A DNA stretch of 64,000 bases from Lama guanicoe. Lineage: Eukaryota. The translations under genes and the position numbers were made by a program. This document shows, one piece after another, positions 39,079 through 52,801 of this stretch. The DNA lies in NCBI GenBank assembly GCA_013239625.1, contig MU054220.1:248001-312000 (forward strand), written 5' to 3'. The notes beneath the pieces are model-generated. The model saw only the letters and a list, made by a program, of their open reading frames with translations, made no database searches and was not told where the DNA came from. Each line of letters starts with the position of its first letter. Within the stretch, counting starts at the first letter, position 1.

Positions 39079-40119
39079 TACATATTAATTGACATACACA
39101 GGAAAAATTTCAGCTGGATTACACATCTAACCTTTATTTAAATTATATGTCCAAGATCCAACAATTGTGGAAGATTAAGAACATTATAGTTGAAATCGAA
39201 AATAATACTAAAATCTCAGATTTAGTACAGAGTGACAATGTGACCTTGGAAAAGTAAACTTACCCTTTCAAACTAAAGAATAAATAAGATGGTGCAAATT
39301 TCCAGACATACCTTTTACAACTATATAAACATGGCATAGTCACAGAGGGCTTATTTATGAGATGTGTTGAATATGTTTTATTAAATCAAAGCATTAATTA
39401 TGTGTGAAGAATGCATATATATGAAATATGACTTCCAAATTTGACTTAACTACAACAGATAAACAGGGAGCCATAAAAATCAAATTTTCATCAAAGCATT
39501 GGACAAAGAATGGGCCCAAACCAGAAGCTAAGTATTGCTTCTTTCAGTCACACATGTCTGCTATACAACATTAATATATATTAAAATGCCATTTTAATGA
39601 GATAAAGCCCACTAAATACCAGTATTTAGTGGTATCAGACATTTTTAAAATGCATCTATCTCAACGCATTCTGACTTTAGGCATGTCAGTAAAATATCAG
39701 TATGTTTACTTAAATCTCACTGATAATTTTGCCCAAAATAACTTTCTTATAACCCTCAGTATCTCCCCATTTGAGCAATTATCAACTTCACTGCAGGGAG
39801 CTGGAGGAATGATAAACAAGATGTGTGCAGTTTATCTCCTGCATTCAAGATGCTCCATTACAGACATTTCTTCAACTAATATTTAAGGTAATTAGAACTG
39901 ATTGTGTTCTTCCCTAGCTGGTACCATTCTGAGAGAGAGAGTCTACCAAAACAAAGATATGGAGCCCATATTTCTAATAAAATATCATCATTCTGGAAAA
40001 CCAAAATCAAATAAGCTTCTCCCTTCTCAAACAATCGGAAAACATACAGTCTAAACATCCACGTGAACAGTATTGCAAACGCTAATCTTGAGAAAAGTGA
40101 AAGCTGGTGTAGCAGCTAC

Positions 40120-40350
40120 CGCGTGTTACTAAGTGGATACTAGATGTTAGAAATGCTGGGAACTTTATCTTACATAATCTACATAGCAACCTGCAAAATA
40201 ACTAATTCAGCATCCTTTCATAGACAAGAAAACAAAGGACAGGTTAGACATGTAAGCTAATCAAGTTCACATAATAAGTTACTAGCAGAACCAAGATGCA
40301 GATTCAAGATCTGCTGTTGCCACACTTTAAGCTCTTTCCATTTGACCATA
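40120..40350 (-). mobile_element. MIR SINE remnant
   Basis: catagcaacctgcaaaata...tttcatagacaagaaaac...aagttcacataataagttactagcagaaccaagatgc. Confidence 0.65.
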
Positions 40351-40924
40351 CTGCAGACTCACTGGGACATGCCATAATTTGGAAATGTTATCCCCTAGAA
40401 ATAAGGCCAAATAACTTCTTTAAGTATTTGATATCATGGATAAAGCCACCAAGGTTAAGGACCAGGATATTAAAACCAACCAAATCAAACAAAAACCAGA
40501 ATTGACTTCTAGATCAGTCAGCTTTCTAATAAAATAAATTTAAAACATATTTGTTTTCTTCTAGGAGAACAAAAAAATCATGATTCCAAAATGGCATATA
40601 TCCAATGGCTGGTTGATAGTTAATTTTCTCTCCATTTAATAATTTTCTTAATTTAAATTAGACTTTTATTTCTACCAGCCTCATTCTAACTATTATCTTC
40701 CATCAAGGAAAATTAAACCAATTTTCTAATTTATATCTTTATTTATCTAAATATATTGAGAGTGTCTCTTATTTGTTCTGCTATGTTCCATGGTGTTTCT
40801 GATTCAACTTTTAATTCAATTTGAGTTAACTAGAAACTTCTACACAGAATATTAAAGAATAGAATCTAGTTCGGAAAAGATTATAGTTTCTAGATTATTT
40901 TATAAGTGATGAAAAACCTTTCCT

Positions 40925-41070
40925 CTTACCTGTGGAAATAAACTACACACTCAATGACAGTGTGCTCTGAATATTAGGCATTCGGACCCTTATACTAGGT
41001 TTCTGAGATCTTCTTGAGGTCTCCAGGGATGTCTCCAGGAGAAAACACACTAATTCTCCTCTGGGACAGA
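40925..41070 (-). promoter_or_regulatory. Putative promoter and non-coding first exon of the OR5T-like gene
   Basis: Minus-strand donor CAG|GTAAG at 40930/40929. O/E-like sites TCTCCAGGGA (41020) and TCCTCTGGGA (41057), and CTAATT (41050). Counterparts exist in the paralogue at 45278-45415. Confidence 0.5.
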
Positions 41071-41524
41071 AAATTACCAAGCTGTTTTTACTTTTTTCCC
41101 ATACTAAATGAGCAAATGGCTCTGGAACAATAAACTCTTGTATCAAAATCATTACATAAATACACCAAAACCTCTGGTACAAAATAATCCTTCAGTGGAA
41201 AATGAATATGTACAGAGCTGGAAAATAAACCTGTGATAGAGGACAGGACATAATCCTGGCTCTGACCCTAAATACCTAGGTGCCATGAAACCTGTCACTT
41301 CCTGGTAATATAACCTGTTACTTCTCTCAAAATCCTTTATACATGTGCACAATGAAATTACATGAAAGCATGAGCTATGACAGAATTCATTATCATTTGA
41401 TAAAGATTACTATAGTTACTTAAATTTTAAAGGGCTACATTTCTAAGTGGTTTGAGAAATAAACTGCTTAACGATGCAATCTAAATATATTAAACTGCAG
41501 TGGGAAGTTTAAAAGAAGAGACGA

Positions 41525-41672
41525 ACATACACAAGATCTTACGGTAGCTCACAGAGAAAAACATGTGACAATGAATATATATGTTTATGTATAACTGAAA
41601 AATTGTGCTCTACACTGGAATTTGACACAACATTGTAAAATGATTATAAATCAATAAAAATGTTAAAAAAAT
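41525..41672 (+). mobile_element. Very short, young L1 3' end with a perfect TSD
   Basis: Flanked by AAAAGAAGAGACGA at 41511-41524 and 41673-41686, with a TTT|AAAA endonuclease site, AATAAA and an A tail. Confidence 0.85.
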
Positions 41673-42002
41673 AAAAGAAGAGACGAGATATAAATGCATG
41701 ACTTGGAAGTTGACAGGAGACGGTATGGTACAGAGGTGACTTTATATTCTATGTAACAGAACACCTGACATTAGAGATTTGGCAAAGACAGATGCCAAAC
41801 TTTTTGAGTTGCCCAGAACTTTATCTTTTCTTAGGGTTCCATATATACTCTATAGATTAGTACCTGGCAAAGTGCTTAAGACATTTTCAAAAGATTGTGA
41901 AAAAGGCATAGATGCCTCCAGTCTACATTCAGAGATTCTAAATTAGTAATTAGGAAATGTTGATCATAGACTCTGAGTGTTAAAGAAAAGAAAGGATTAA
42001 AG

Positions 42003-42179
42003 GTGGGAAAGAAAGGAAAGGAAAGGAAAGGAGAGGAAAGGAGGGGAGAGGGAGGAGAGGAGAGCAAGATGGGAAGAAAGAAAGAAGAAAAGAAAAAAAT
42101 AAAGAAGAAAATAAAAGAAAGAAAGAAAGAGAGAAAGAAAGAGAAAAAAGAGAAAGAAAGAGAGAGAGAGAAAAGGAAG

Positions 42180-42237
<58 letters not shown>

Positions 42238-42265
42238 AAGAAAGAAAGAGAGAAAAAAAGAAAAG
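42003..42265. repeat. GA-rich / (GAAA)n low-complexity repeat
   Basis: Almost purely purine tract. It explains the spurious K/E/R-rich and F/S/L-rich ORFs. Confidence 0.95.
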
Positions 42266-42936
42266 ATTTCTGTAGCCAGCCCAATTGTAAACAAAGGCTC
42301 TACTTATTAAATGCAGTCCCAAATGTAGCCCCAATTAAACGTAAACAAGCAGTTTTACAGAAACAGAAAATGTAATTATATTTCTTTTTTTTGAAAATGC
42401 AAAAGAACTAAGGAATTCAAAACAATTTTGAAAGTAAAGAATAGTATTGGAGGACTCCCATAATTGAACTTCAAGATTTAACACATAGCTAAGACAACCA
42501 AGATATTACATCATTCTAAGTGAAGCCGGGAAAAATTGTAACTTGCGCTTTTCATACCAAAATCTGCTATTACCTCTTTAGCATTCTAGATTTGTAATGA
42601 TTATTACATTTTACTTATTAATTATTCACTTATAAAGCACTTCAAAAAGATACTATGACACTGGTGAGAAGATAGACATTTAAATCAATGAAACCAAATA
42701 TTTGTAGTCTTCATATATGTAATCACAGACATATACACATATCCACATGATGTGGAGATAGACACACAGATAGTCACAGTTTCCTGCTTGTGTAAAAGGC
42801 ACATAGGTGATGGGTTGAATATAATCTTCATTTTAAAATATCCAAGAATGACAGAAAGGCACTAATACACTAAAACATTTTAAATATAACTTTTTTGATA
42901 TAACAACAATAAACATTAGGCTTAAATTCTTTCAAT

Positions 42937-43933
42937 TTAATATTTAGTGTGAAAAATATACTTTATTAACAAGCCAATTTTTCCCAAACACTCTCTTCAT
43001 GGCCTCTTTGACATCTTTGTCCCTCAGACTGTAGATGATGGGATTCAGCACGGGAATCACGATACTTAAAATACAGACACTATCATGTCAAGGTCCAACA
43101 TGAGTTGGAACCCAGTCTCATGTACATGAAGAGAACTGTACTGTGAAAAATGGGCACTGCAGTTAGGTGAGAGCCACACATAGAAGAGGCTTTCCTTCTC
43201 CCTTCGGCAGAATGCACCCTCAGGATGGCCAGCAGAATGAAGCCATAGGAGATCAGGACCATCAGGATAGTGACTGTCTCAATAGAGCCCACGAAGGAGA
43301 AGAGTAGAAGCTGGTTTGCATGAGTGTCAGAGCAAGAAAGAGCGAGGAGAGGAGGGATGTCACAAAAGACATGTCTAATTTGATTGGACGCACAGAAGGA
43401 CAGGCTAAATGTGGCCACTGTGTGCACAGAAGCATGCAAGATGCCACCAACATAGGAGGCAGTGATGAGTGGCAAATAGACCCTGGGTGCCATGTGCACT
43501 GAATACAGGAGGGGGTTGTAGATTGCTACGTAGCGATCATCTGCTGTTGTGGCCAAGAGGAAGCATTCTGTGGTCCCTAAAGTAACAAAGAGAAATTTCT
43601 GTGCTGTGCATCCAAGATATGAATGATTTTATTCTCTGACAGGAAATTGACCAACATTTTGGGGGTGACAACTGAAGAATAGCAGGCATCCAAGAATGAT
43701 AACACCCTCAGAAAACAGTACATAGGGTTGTGGGGCCGAGAATCCACAATAACCAACATAACCAGTCCCAAATTTCCTATCAGAGTAAAAAGATAGATTG
43801 CTAGAAATAGTAAAAATAGGAAAGCTTGCAGCTCACAATCATCTGTGAAGCCCACCAATATAAACATGGTGTCTTCAGTCACATTTTTCAACTGAATCCT
43901 GTGAAAATCTAAATCTGACAGTGACCCTGACAG
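42937..43933 (-). pseudogene. Olfactory receptor 5T-like pseudogene
   Basis: Paralogue of 35107-36096. Lesions: ATG>CTG at 43933, 1-bp deletions near 43623, 43102 and 43067, MAYDRY>TADDRY, KAFSTC>KASSMC. Confidence 0.93.
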
Positions 43934-46154
43934 TTTAGTTTTTATTTTTAAGTTCTAAAGGCAATGGGTAATGAAAATTAAGTCCCCCCCACCCCGTCAT
44001 ATCCTTTTAGGTATAATTCTTAGAAGAACATAGTGAAATCCTTTGCAGTGAGGTAATAGGCAGTGATGAAGAAGTTGAATCCAAGTGGATGATTTACCCT
44101 GTACAGATAAATTAAAGAATTTAATTCATTCAGTTGTTGGTTAAATTTGTCACATTAAAAATAGCGCTGATTTCTGTGGTTTAATTTCCAGTTTATTCTC
44201 TTTTAAATTTACTACCTCCTTTTTTCATATCACATCATCTTAACATTCATAAAGACAGGTGAATATAGGAATTTATAATCCAAAAATATTGTGGTAGAAA
44301 GTACACACTTGAATGCTAATTCTAGATTTTTCTACAGTATGCCTGAAGTCCACAACCAGTAAAATGGAAACAAATACACTCACCTCACAAGACTGTGCTG
44401 AATTTAAATGATAAAAATCAATGTGAAAATTATTTAACTGTAAAATATCCCCAGATTACTAAGAAATAGGATAAATTAGACTTACTTTTCAACTTGCCAT
44501 TTGAGGCAGCCTTTTCCAACCAACCATTTTATGTTCTCTTTATGGTTAACCTCATTTTTTGGTACTTCTGGGTGTGGTAAACAGATTTTATTCTGGAAAT
44601 AAATGCACTTAGTTTGCAAACAAAATCAGAACATTGCTTTCTTGTTTCTTTTCTTTTTTTTTGTATTAAAGTTCTATTTCTTGAAACATATAAAAATAAG
44701 TTATTAATGTTTGGCCACTGTAGTTTATTTCATTGTTACTGATTTTCATATTTTAACTTAACACCATTCAAGCTTTTGCCCTATACATATACTCATTATT
44801 TCTGCAAAATCCTTCAGTATATTTTGAGACATATTTCTGTCAAAAATATTTCATGGCTATTTATTTAATATATTATAGTTGCTTATGAAGTTACTCCAAT
44901 TACTATAAAAATAGCTGTACCCTTGTATGGGGGGGCATATGACCAATGGCTGTTTGATAAATACTCTCTCCATTTAATAATTTTTCTAAAAATTTAATAA
45001 AGACATTTAGTTATACTACCCTTATTCTGATTGTTATCTTCCACCAAGGTAATTAAAACAATTTCTAATTTATAGCTCTACTGAGCTAAGTATGCAGTGA
45101 GTCTTTCCTACTTCCCCTACTGTGTTCCAGTAAAATTCCGCATCCAATCCTTAATTCAATTCTGAATTAACTAGAAATTTCTATCTCAGGGTTAAATGTT
45201 AAAGCATAGAATCTAGTTTGAGATTCAAGATCATAGCTTCTAAAATATTTTCCAAGTAATGAAAACCTTCCCACTTACCTGTGAAAATAATCTGCTCACT
45301 CAATTAAAGGATGATATGAGTATTAAGCATTTGGACTCATACCAGGTCCTCTGGCTCTTCTTGATGCATCCTCAGGGATGCCTCAAGGACAAAACACACC
45401 AATTCTCTTATGGGATAGAAAAGTAACAAAACAATTCCTTTTTCCTTGTTCTTTTTCTTTTTTGTGAAGAGAAAATGCATGATTCTGGAGCAATGCCCTT
45501 TAGCCTCTGGTATAAAATGATCTCTCAGTGGAAGAAGAATATGCATAGGACTGGAAAAGATACCTAATTAATGATAGAAAACATAGACCCAGCTCTGATA
45601 CCTTGTGGCTATATGCCATAGGGCTGATGGTTTTACTTCTCTGAAATCCAGTTCCCCTCCTTGGGAATGTAACTTGCTTACTTCTCTCAAAATTTTGTAA
45701 ACATTTAAATAATGAAATAATATGAAAGCATAAACTTTGACAGACTTCATTATCATTAAATAAAGATTACTGTAGATACTCAAATTTTAAAGTGCTACAC
45801 TTCTAAGGGATATGAAAGATAGATTTAAAATGTTCATTGAGATCTTAATAGAGGAGATACATAAATACATTAATAAGAAGTATTTCAGGAGAGATGGTAC
45901 AGTATGCAAATAACTGTACTATTTTATGTAGTAAACTTTAGACTATTAGAGATCCGGCAGAGATAGAGATCAAATTTCTAATTCATATAGGGTCTTATGT
46001 TTTCTTGGGGATTCCATGTACTAATTTATGGATCAGTACCTGGTTATGTACTTAAAGAAATTCTTTTAAGAACTGTGAAACATACATAGATGTTGTTCTT
46101 TACCCAGATAGTCTAAATTAGTAGTTAAGGAATGTTGACCATGGAATCTGAATG

Positions 46155-46275
46155 AGGAAAGGAGAAAAGAAAGAGAGAGAGAGAGAAAAGAAAGGAGAAA
46201 AGAAAGGAAAGAAGGAAGGAAAGAAGGAAGGAAGGGAGGGAGAAAAAAAGAAAGAAAAACATAAAAAGAAAAAAG
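46155..46275. repeat. GA-rich low-complexity repeat
   Basis: Purine-rich tract at the position homologous to 42003-42265. Confidence 0.9.
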
Positions 46276-48199
46276 ATACTGGGCTGAAAATAATCCAGTG
46301 TCCTGCAGCTACTGAGCAGATTAACTGAGTATGTCCGTCACCTTCACTCCCTCCCCACCATGCTGTTCTATGGGGGACTTCCCTACATGTCCTCAGTGGT
46401 TGTGGCACCAACAAGAAGCTAATTTTTCATCAGATCTCATGTTCAGCAGATATTCTACCATCCCCAACAAATTCACTGGTGATTAGGGCTTGTTTTATTG
46501 AAAAATAAGATATCTTATTAATAATTTATGTCACTGTGGATATCTTGTTCCTTTCCCTCTACATTTTTTCTTCTTTTCAAAAAGACATCAGCTAATAAAA
46601 ATCACTGTCTGGTAAGCCTTTGGAAAGTCATTTCTGAATGACCCTGGCTTATATTTGTAGAAGTATTCACCATTCAATGCCCAATGATGTTAACTTTTGT
46701 GATTCAAAATTAACTTATAATTAACCTAAGGGCCAATTAACAAACTAGCAGAGATGAATATGGCCCTTAGGAGAACTGGAGTCTGAAAAAGTTAGTTTTT
46801 TTTTTTTTTTGCATTTCTCTGTTCTGTTTCTCTTCCTTTCAGCCCAATTCTCTGTAGAAAAGCTTTAACTATATGGTAGAATCATACTAGTGACACCCTT
46901 ATAATTTTATATCTTATTCTTTACTATTGCAAAGCATCTGAATGCATTTTTGCTTTTTCAAAGACATAATATGATCTGGATTTAACTATTTTGCCCCAAT
47001 ACAGAATCAGCTTTTTTCCAAGATTTCTGGACTTAACCGTTCATTCTTTTGGTGAAGAATAGACACTAAGACCAATGTACGAGGTAAATTTGTTGTATTT
47101 TTCTGAGTCCTCCTGGTTGAGAAAGATGACATTTGAAACGAGAAACATTTTAGTCCTAAACAAATAAATAGCAAAAAGTTACTGTTAAGAAAACCAAAAG
47201 TTTTTGTTGTTTTTTTTTTTTCCCCTTCAGATGTTTTCCATTAAAATACTGTCAACTCATTTGGATTCATTTTCAATCAGGCAGGACTGGTAAATGATGA
47301 GTGTGGCTCTTTTTTTTTTTTTTAATCTTTCTCTCCTTTAACATAATACTTGCAAAAACTATTTAGTTTTGACATAACCTAAATTTATCCAGCTAGTTCT
47401 TTTGTTGTCTAGGCGCATACCAAGGCATCAGCAATATGATCCAAAAAGACAAAGATATAAATGCATTAATGCAATAATTTCGAGGAAAGCGTATTATTAA
47501 GTGAGAGTGACTAATGATCAAATGGCTATACATGGTGCCCATGGAGAGGAATGACAGAAAAAAACTTACAAAGAAAGTCAGTGTTGTAGTGGTTATGGAA
47601 GGTCTCTATTTCAGTTTTCTGTTGCATTAAAAATTAGCTTAGAATAATATCGTTTTACTCTGTCTCATAAATGTGTGCGTCAAGAATCCAGGCGCAGCAT
47701 AGCTGAAGGATTATTTTGTTTCACGTGGCGTTGACTGTGGTCATTCGAGGGTATTTAGATGGTGACTGGTCTAACCTGGAACATATAAAATGATTTCTCA
47801 TTTTTAAATGATATGGTTACAGCAGTGTGTTAAAGACAAAAATCCAGTTTTGTGTTGTTTCATCTTACTGGGAAAAATATAAAAATATATTATTAGATAA
47901 TTTAATTGAAGTTAATAAAATAAATCAAGTTCAAAAATGTGAATGATATTGTATTTGCAATATTTGGGTGGTGTTTAATTAGTTCGGACTGTCAGTGATT
48001 GAAGGATATTTTCCCACCATGACTGGAAATAAATGCACCTCATTTATAGCACCAATGACTCTCAACTAGAAAACAGATTTTATTTATCATTAAGTTAACA
48101 AAATAAAGAATAAGAAAAAGAAAAAAGAAGAGAAGAAAAAATTAAATATATATATTATATAACTATAACTTGCTTACTTCTTGAGTGCAGATCAGGAAG

Positions 48200-48720
48200 T
48201 GGGGAATTAAGAGAAAGTAAAAATTTCTATACTTCCTATTATTGTCAGATGATATAATGTATTTATATATAAAGAGAAAGTGTATCACAGAATCTAAAAG
48301 TCTACTAAGTAGAATTATTTTTGTGTGCATTTTTTCAGCTTTTGTGTTCTGCATTCTGATGAGCCAAAGCTAGATCATCTTTCTTTACTTCAAAGTTATA
48401 AAAATGTGTACTCTGAACTCTTTCATTATTTCACTTTCTAAAACATGTCAATGTGTGTATCATTAGAAGCAGTTCCTATTGTAATATGAGATATGAATAC
48501 AAATCTGTATTTCTTTCTCGAAGTTTTCCCAGCTGTCCCAATTACACGTTTTTAAAATGCCCATATTTTGCCAATTTGGTATGTAGTTTCTATTATATGA
48601 TAAATTTTCAATTCTATTAGAGTTTTCTTCTCAACATTGTATTTTATGGCATCAGATTTCTCTATTCATGCATGATGCTGTGCCTGTTAATTACAAGGCT
48701 GTAGAACTCCTCTTCAGCGT
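48200..48720 (-). mobile_element. Ancient L1 fragment (antisense)
   Basis: ttttcccagctgtcccaattacacgtttttaaaatgccc...ttctattagagttttcttctcaacattgtattttatggcatcag. Confidence 0.55.
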
Positions 48721-51179
48721 GGCTACTTCTTGGATATGCACCTGCTGGCCTCCCACTCCTGTAATGTGCTCTGTCACGTCTGCGAAGCCTCTCTCACCAC
48801 CCACTCCTCATGCACCTCCCATGATCTCCTCCACATGGCTCCTGACGTTTTGCAATTACCTTCACAGTCACTCTCTGTTATCACAATACTATAGGAGTTC
48901 CACCGATTGGAAATAGTTTCTCTTTGTAATCATAAAACCTTAGATATCATTTTTCACTGAAGAACAGGAAGCGAATCCTATTTTTGCCATGAGAAACTGA
49001 CACCAAGCCAAGATGCTTAAATAATCTAAACATTGGAAATAATGTTTTTCCCCCAGAGTTGAAGCACAGAAGGCACAGATGATTTTTCTAGCATCTTTCC
49101 CACTATCACAGTTGGGAAATTCAAATATTTTATTTCATCCTATATGGAATTTGGTGTTATTTCTACTTCAAAGTGTTTTCACACTGGAAATGAAATTGAG
49201 GAAGGATGACAAAATGCTGCATTAAAAAGAAGAATCTCCCCCCATTAACATTAACAGGGGCTCCAAAGTTAAGTTTTAAACTGGATATAATAACCCAACA
49301 GCTATCTCTCGGGTTTCCCTGGTGCACATGTAGAAATCAATAAAATATAAGATTTATAGAACAAAATATTATTTGTCATCAGGGCATTTACAGCTATTAC
49401 ACAGACATAATCTTGAATTTTGATTAAGGAATCTACTACAGAAGAGAATATTTAAAAAACGTTCAGGAAAGTGGGACAGGGGCTTAGTTTAATAGAACAG
49501 AGGATCGATAAGGAGTGTTCACAACAGAGTACGAATTGGACGTGTGTCAGTTTTAGATGGACTCCCATTACACTGCTCAGCAACCTGCTGAGTCCAAGAA
49601 GTAAAATGTGCTGAGCTCTCTGTTCCATGGAGAGGCTGAAGATGAAGTACTCTGGGTGGAGTGAGTGCTATCTGGGAGAGACAAAATAAGCCTAGTCACA
49701 GAGAGCCAAATGACGATTTTAATTGGAGACACAATGTGTCTGGTCAAAGAGATCCCATGGGGTAGATGTAACTATTTATTAAGAAGCCCTTTATTTTTGG
49801 AAAGAACAGAATATTTTAACGGTCAGCTGGATGTCTGATTAAATAAGTGATTTCACCTAAAGTTATATAAATGTTTAAACCTTCTACAGTGATTAAATAA
49901 ATCAGCATTATTTCAAATAAGAATGGTAAATATGAACTAACTTATACTTTTACTAGTTTTAGTTCATGATTTTTTAAAACATTTACTATTTAATGTATAC
50001 AGCAAATGTGTCATATTAAAGGAGCTTCTATATATTTTTGATTCAATTAAGTATAATTTATATTTAAGCAAAAATATTAAATAATGATATTAAATTATTT
50101 TAAAATACTAAGAACTGGAATAACATATATTTTTTGTAAGCATGATAAATAATGGAGAAAAACTTGATTTTGAGCCAAGAGACAGTAGCAAGCATTTTTT
50201 AATTAATTTTAATCTTGATAATGTTTTAATGTGATTTAATATGAAATAATCCAGTTACTATAATTACATCTTTTGGGACTACCGGGAACATTTAGTTTAA
50301 AGAAAACAAAAATAAATGTTTTAAATGAAAAATGTGTAGCATAATGAAAGAATTTTCAGTTCAATACTGCTTTTTAAATTAATTTTCAGAGTTTAACTTG
50401 CTGATTAATATTCAATGACAAATGTAAGTGAAATAGGTAGAGCAGAGATATTGATATGACCAACATAAAAGTAACTTTTTATTGTCACATCTCCCCTTAA
50501 TCATCTGGATTTTTCCAGGATACAGAGATTGGAGTTTAAAAATAGCAGTCTTAGAACATTCAGATTTATTTTCCATGATTAATAAGGATTAATAAACATT
50601 TACAAGCTAGAGGTATAATATAGATAATTTTGTGAGGGCACACAGAATAAATATTTGCTTTTTCTACTTTGTTCACTATTGAGAATAAGATATGCATATC
50701 TTACGTGTTTCAGAGTATACGTGCATAATTTAACTATCAGAAAGTCGGACTTGTACAGAAAGAAATTATGTTTCCAAGTCAGTATATGCACGTAATAAGA
50801 GAGAAATTATGTAAATTAAATCCTGTTGTTCTTAAAAGTGATAAATATGACTGGATTAATTCTCATGTATTCTCTTCTCCTTTTTAAAAGGGGTGATTTC
50901 ATTTAAATATTGCCTACTTCTTCAGTTCATTGCTGGATCGAATACTGTTTAGCTATGCTGTAATTTTAATAGACCTATACTGATCCTTAGTGGAAAGGAG
51001 TCACAGCCCTTACCATGACATTATACCTGTGCTAAACTGGTGGGCAATGTTCAGTCCCACCAAGATGGAGAGATAAAGACAGACTGGGGCAAACGTGAGC
51101 CAAGAGATTTGTAGGGGATCCAAGAGATGCCTTGGGTGAAATAAGGAAGAGGACACTCACACTAAGATCTCTGAAAGTG

Positions 51180-51264
51180 CAGGGCCATCCCTGAGCATGA
51201 CTGGGGGCCTCTTAAATTTTGATGTTCTGGGAACCTCACTCCCCTCACTCTAGACCTGGCCCTG
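51180..51264. mobile_element. Tiny hAT-type MITE (MER53/MER96-like)
   Basis: TIRs CAGGGCCA...TGGCCCTG, with flanking near-direct repeat tgaaagtg / tgaaaggg. Confidence 0.55.
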
Positions 51265-51679
51265 ATGAAAGGGACGAATGGAAAAAAGTGATTACCAACA
51301 GGAGACTCAATGGTCCTTTAAATACAATTGTGTTAGTTAATGTGCTTTAACACTGATGACTACAAAGAATATATTATAACCGTAATTTTATTATACAACT
51401 CTAAATAATATATAATCAGTTTTACTTGATAGGTGATGATTTTATCAATATTACCCCATGCAATTCTCACAAAAGAGGAAGCAGCATTTAGAAAGTCTAT
51501 ATAATTGCTTAATGTCACATGTATAATAAATCAAAGAAATCGGGTACCTGTTGTTTCTAAAACAAGAAAAGGCACTGACTTCCCATCACAAACCTGTGTG
51601 CAATTGGTCCGATTATCCAACTTTAGCAATTTTCAGTATCCTTATCTTTAAAGAACAGAGAGGTTAGAAAAAGTTACTA

Positions 51680-51985
51680 GACACTAATGAACTCACCTAC
51701 AAAGCAGAAACAGACTCACAGGCATAGTAAACAATCTTATGGTTTCCAGGGGAAAAAGGATGGGAAGGTATAAATTTGGGAGTTTGAAATTTGCAGATGT
51801 TGATCACTTTATATAAAAATTGACAAAAAACAAATTTCTTCTGTATAGCACAGGGAACTGTATTCAATATCCTGTAATGACATTTAATGAAAAATAATGT
51901 GACAATGAATATATGAAACTGGGACATTATGCTGTGCACCAGAAATTGACACATTGCAACTGACTGTAGTTCAATTAAAAAAATA
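51680..51985 (+). mobile_element. Lineage-specific L1 3' end
   Basis: gacactaatgaactcacctacaaagcagaaacagactcacag...cagaaattgacacattgcaactgactgtagttcaattaaaaaaa. Homologous to 19975-20300. Confidence 0.85.
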
Positions 51986-52801
51986 TTACTAAGGAATTAT
52001 TTTTTGAGGATCAACAAAGATAGTGGTGGTGCACAGAGTACAACGGGTAAAACTAAAAGCTGACATCTTTTGTCCCTCTGCACCACGACTCCCGCCACAC
52101 ACAGAGGAAATGAACACCCTCCAGTCTGTCCCTATTTTCCCAGTGTTGACCCAGTTTAATGTTTCCATCTTTGTTAATGTTCTCAAGTTTATTTTTCTGA
52201 ATAAAACCCTCTTACACTTTCCACTTAGTGTCCTACCAAAAGATACTTAATTCTCATGGACAATAACCTTCCTAAAAAATATTTTAACTATCTTATAATA
52301 TGAACTGAAAAATAGATACATTTGTGTTTAAGATCAACTGATGAGAGATGAATGAGGATTGAAAAAGGAAGCTGAATATGAGTGAGAAAAGACATTTTCT
52401 GATACAGGGCTGCTGAATGGGAAACGCACAGAGAAGCACAACAGGATTGCCAAGAAGTTCAGTTAATTAAATGTAAGATCATAGGGCAAAGCTCTGGGTC
52501 TTCTTCACAGCTGCCAATGATGTCCCAGTGGCTGTGCTGAGTAGAGTATACTTTGTTTATCATGAGCTTTATTCAAAAAATATACGGGATGTCTCTAAAG
52601 GAACCTAAAGTGGAGCTTTTACAGTGATAATCAGTAGGGTCTAAACTGGGAAAGTGAGAAATACATAAATGGAATCATTCTTAAATTAGAAACAATTGCA
52701 GTGGTCATGAAAGCCAGTCTGGACACCTGTGACAATCCGAAGAATGAGCAATGTCGGGAAGGAACAGTGAAAAGCGCATGGTGCCTTTCACCTTTCCACA
52801 G

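Noticed and set aside
41876..42334. Long F/S/L-rich and K/E/R-rich ORFs
   Set aside because: They are translations of a GA-rich microsatellite that lacks stop codons.
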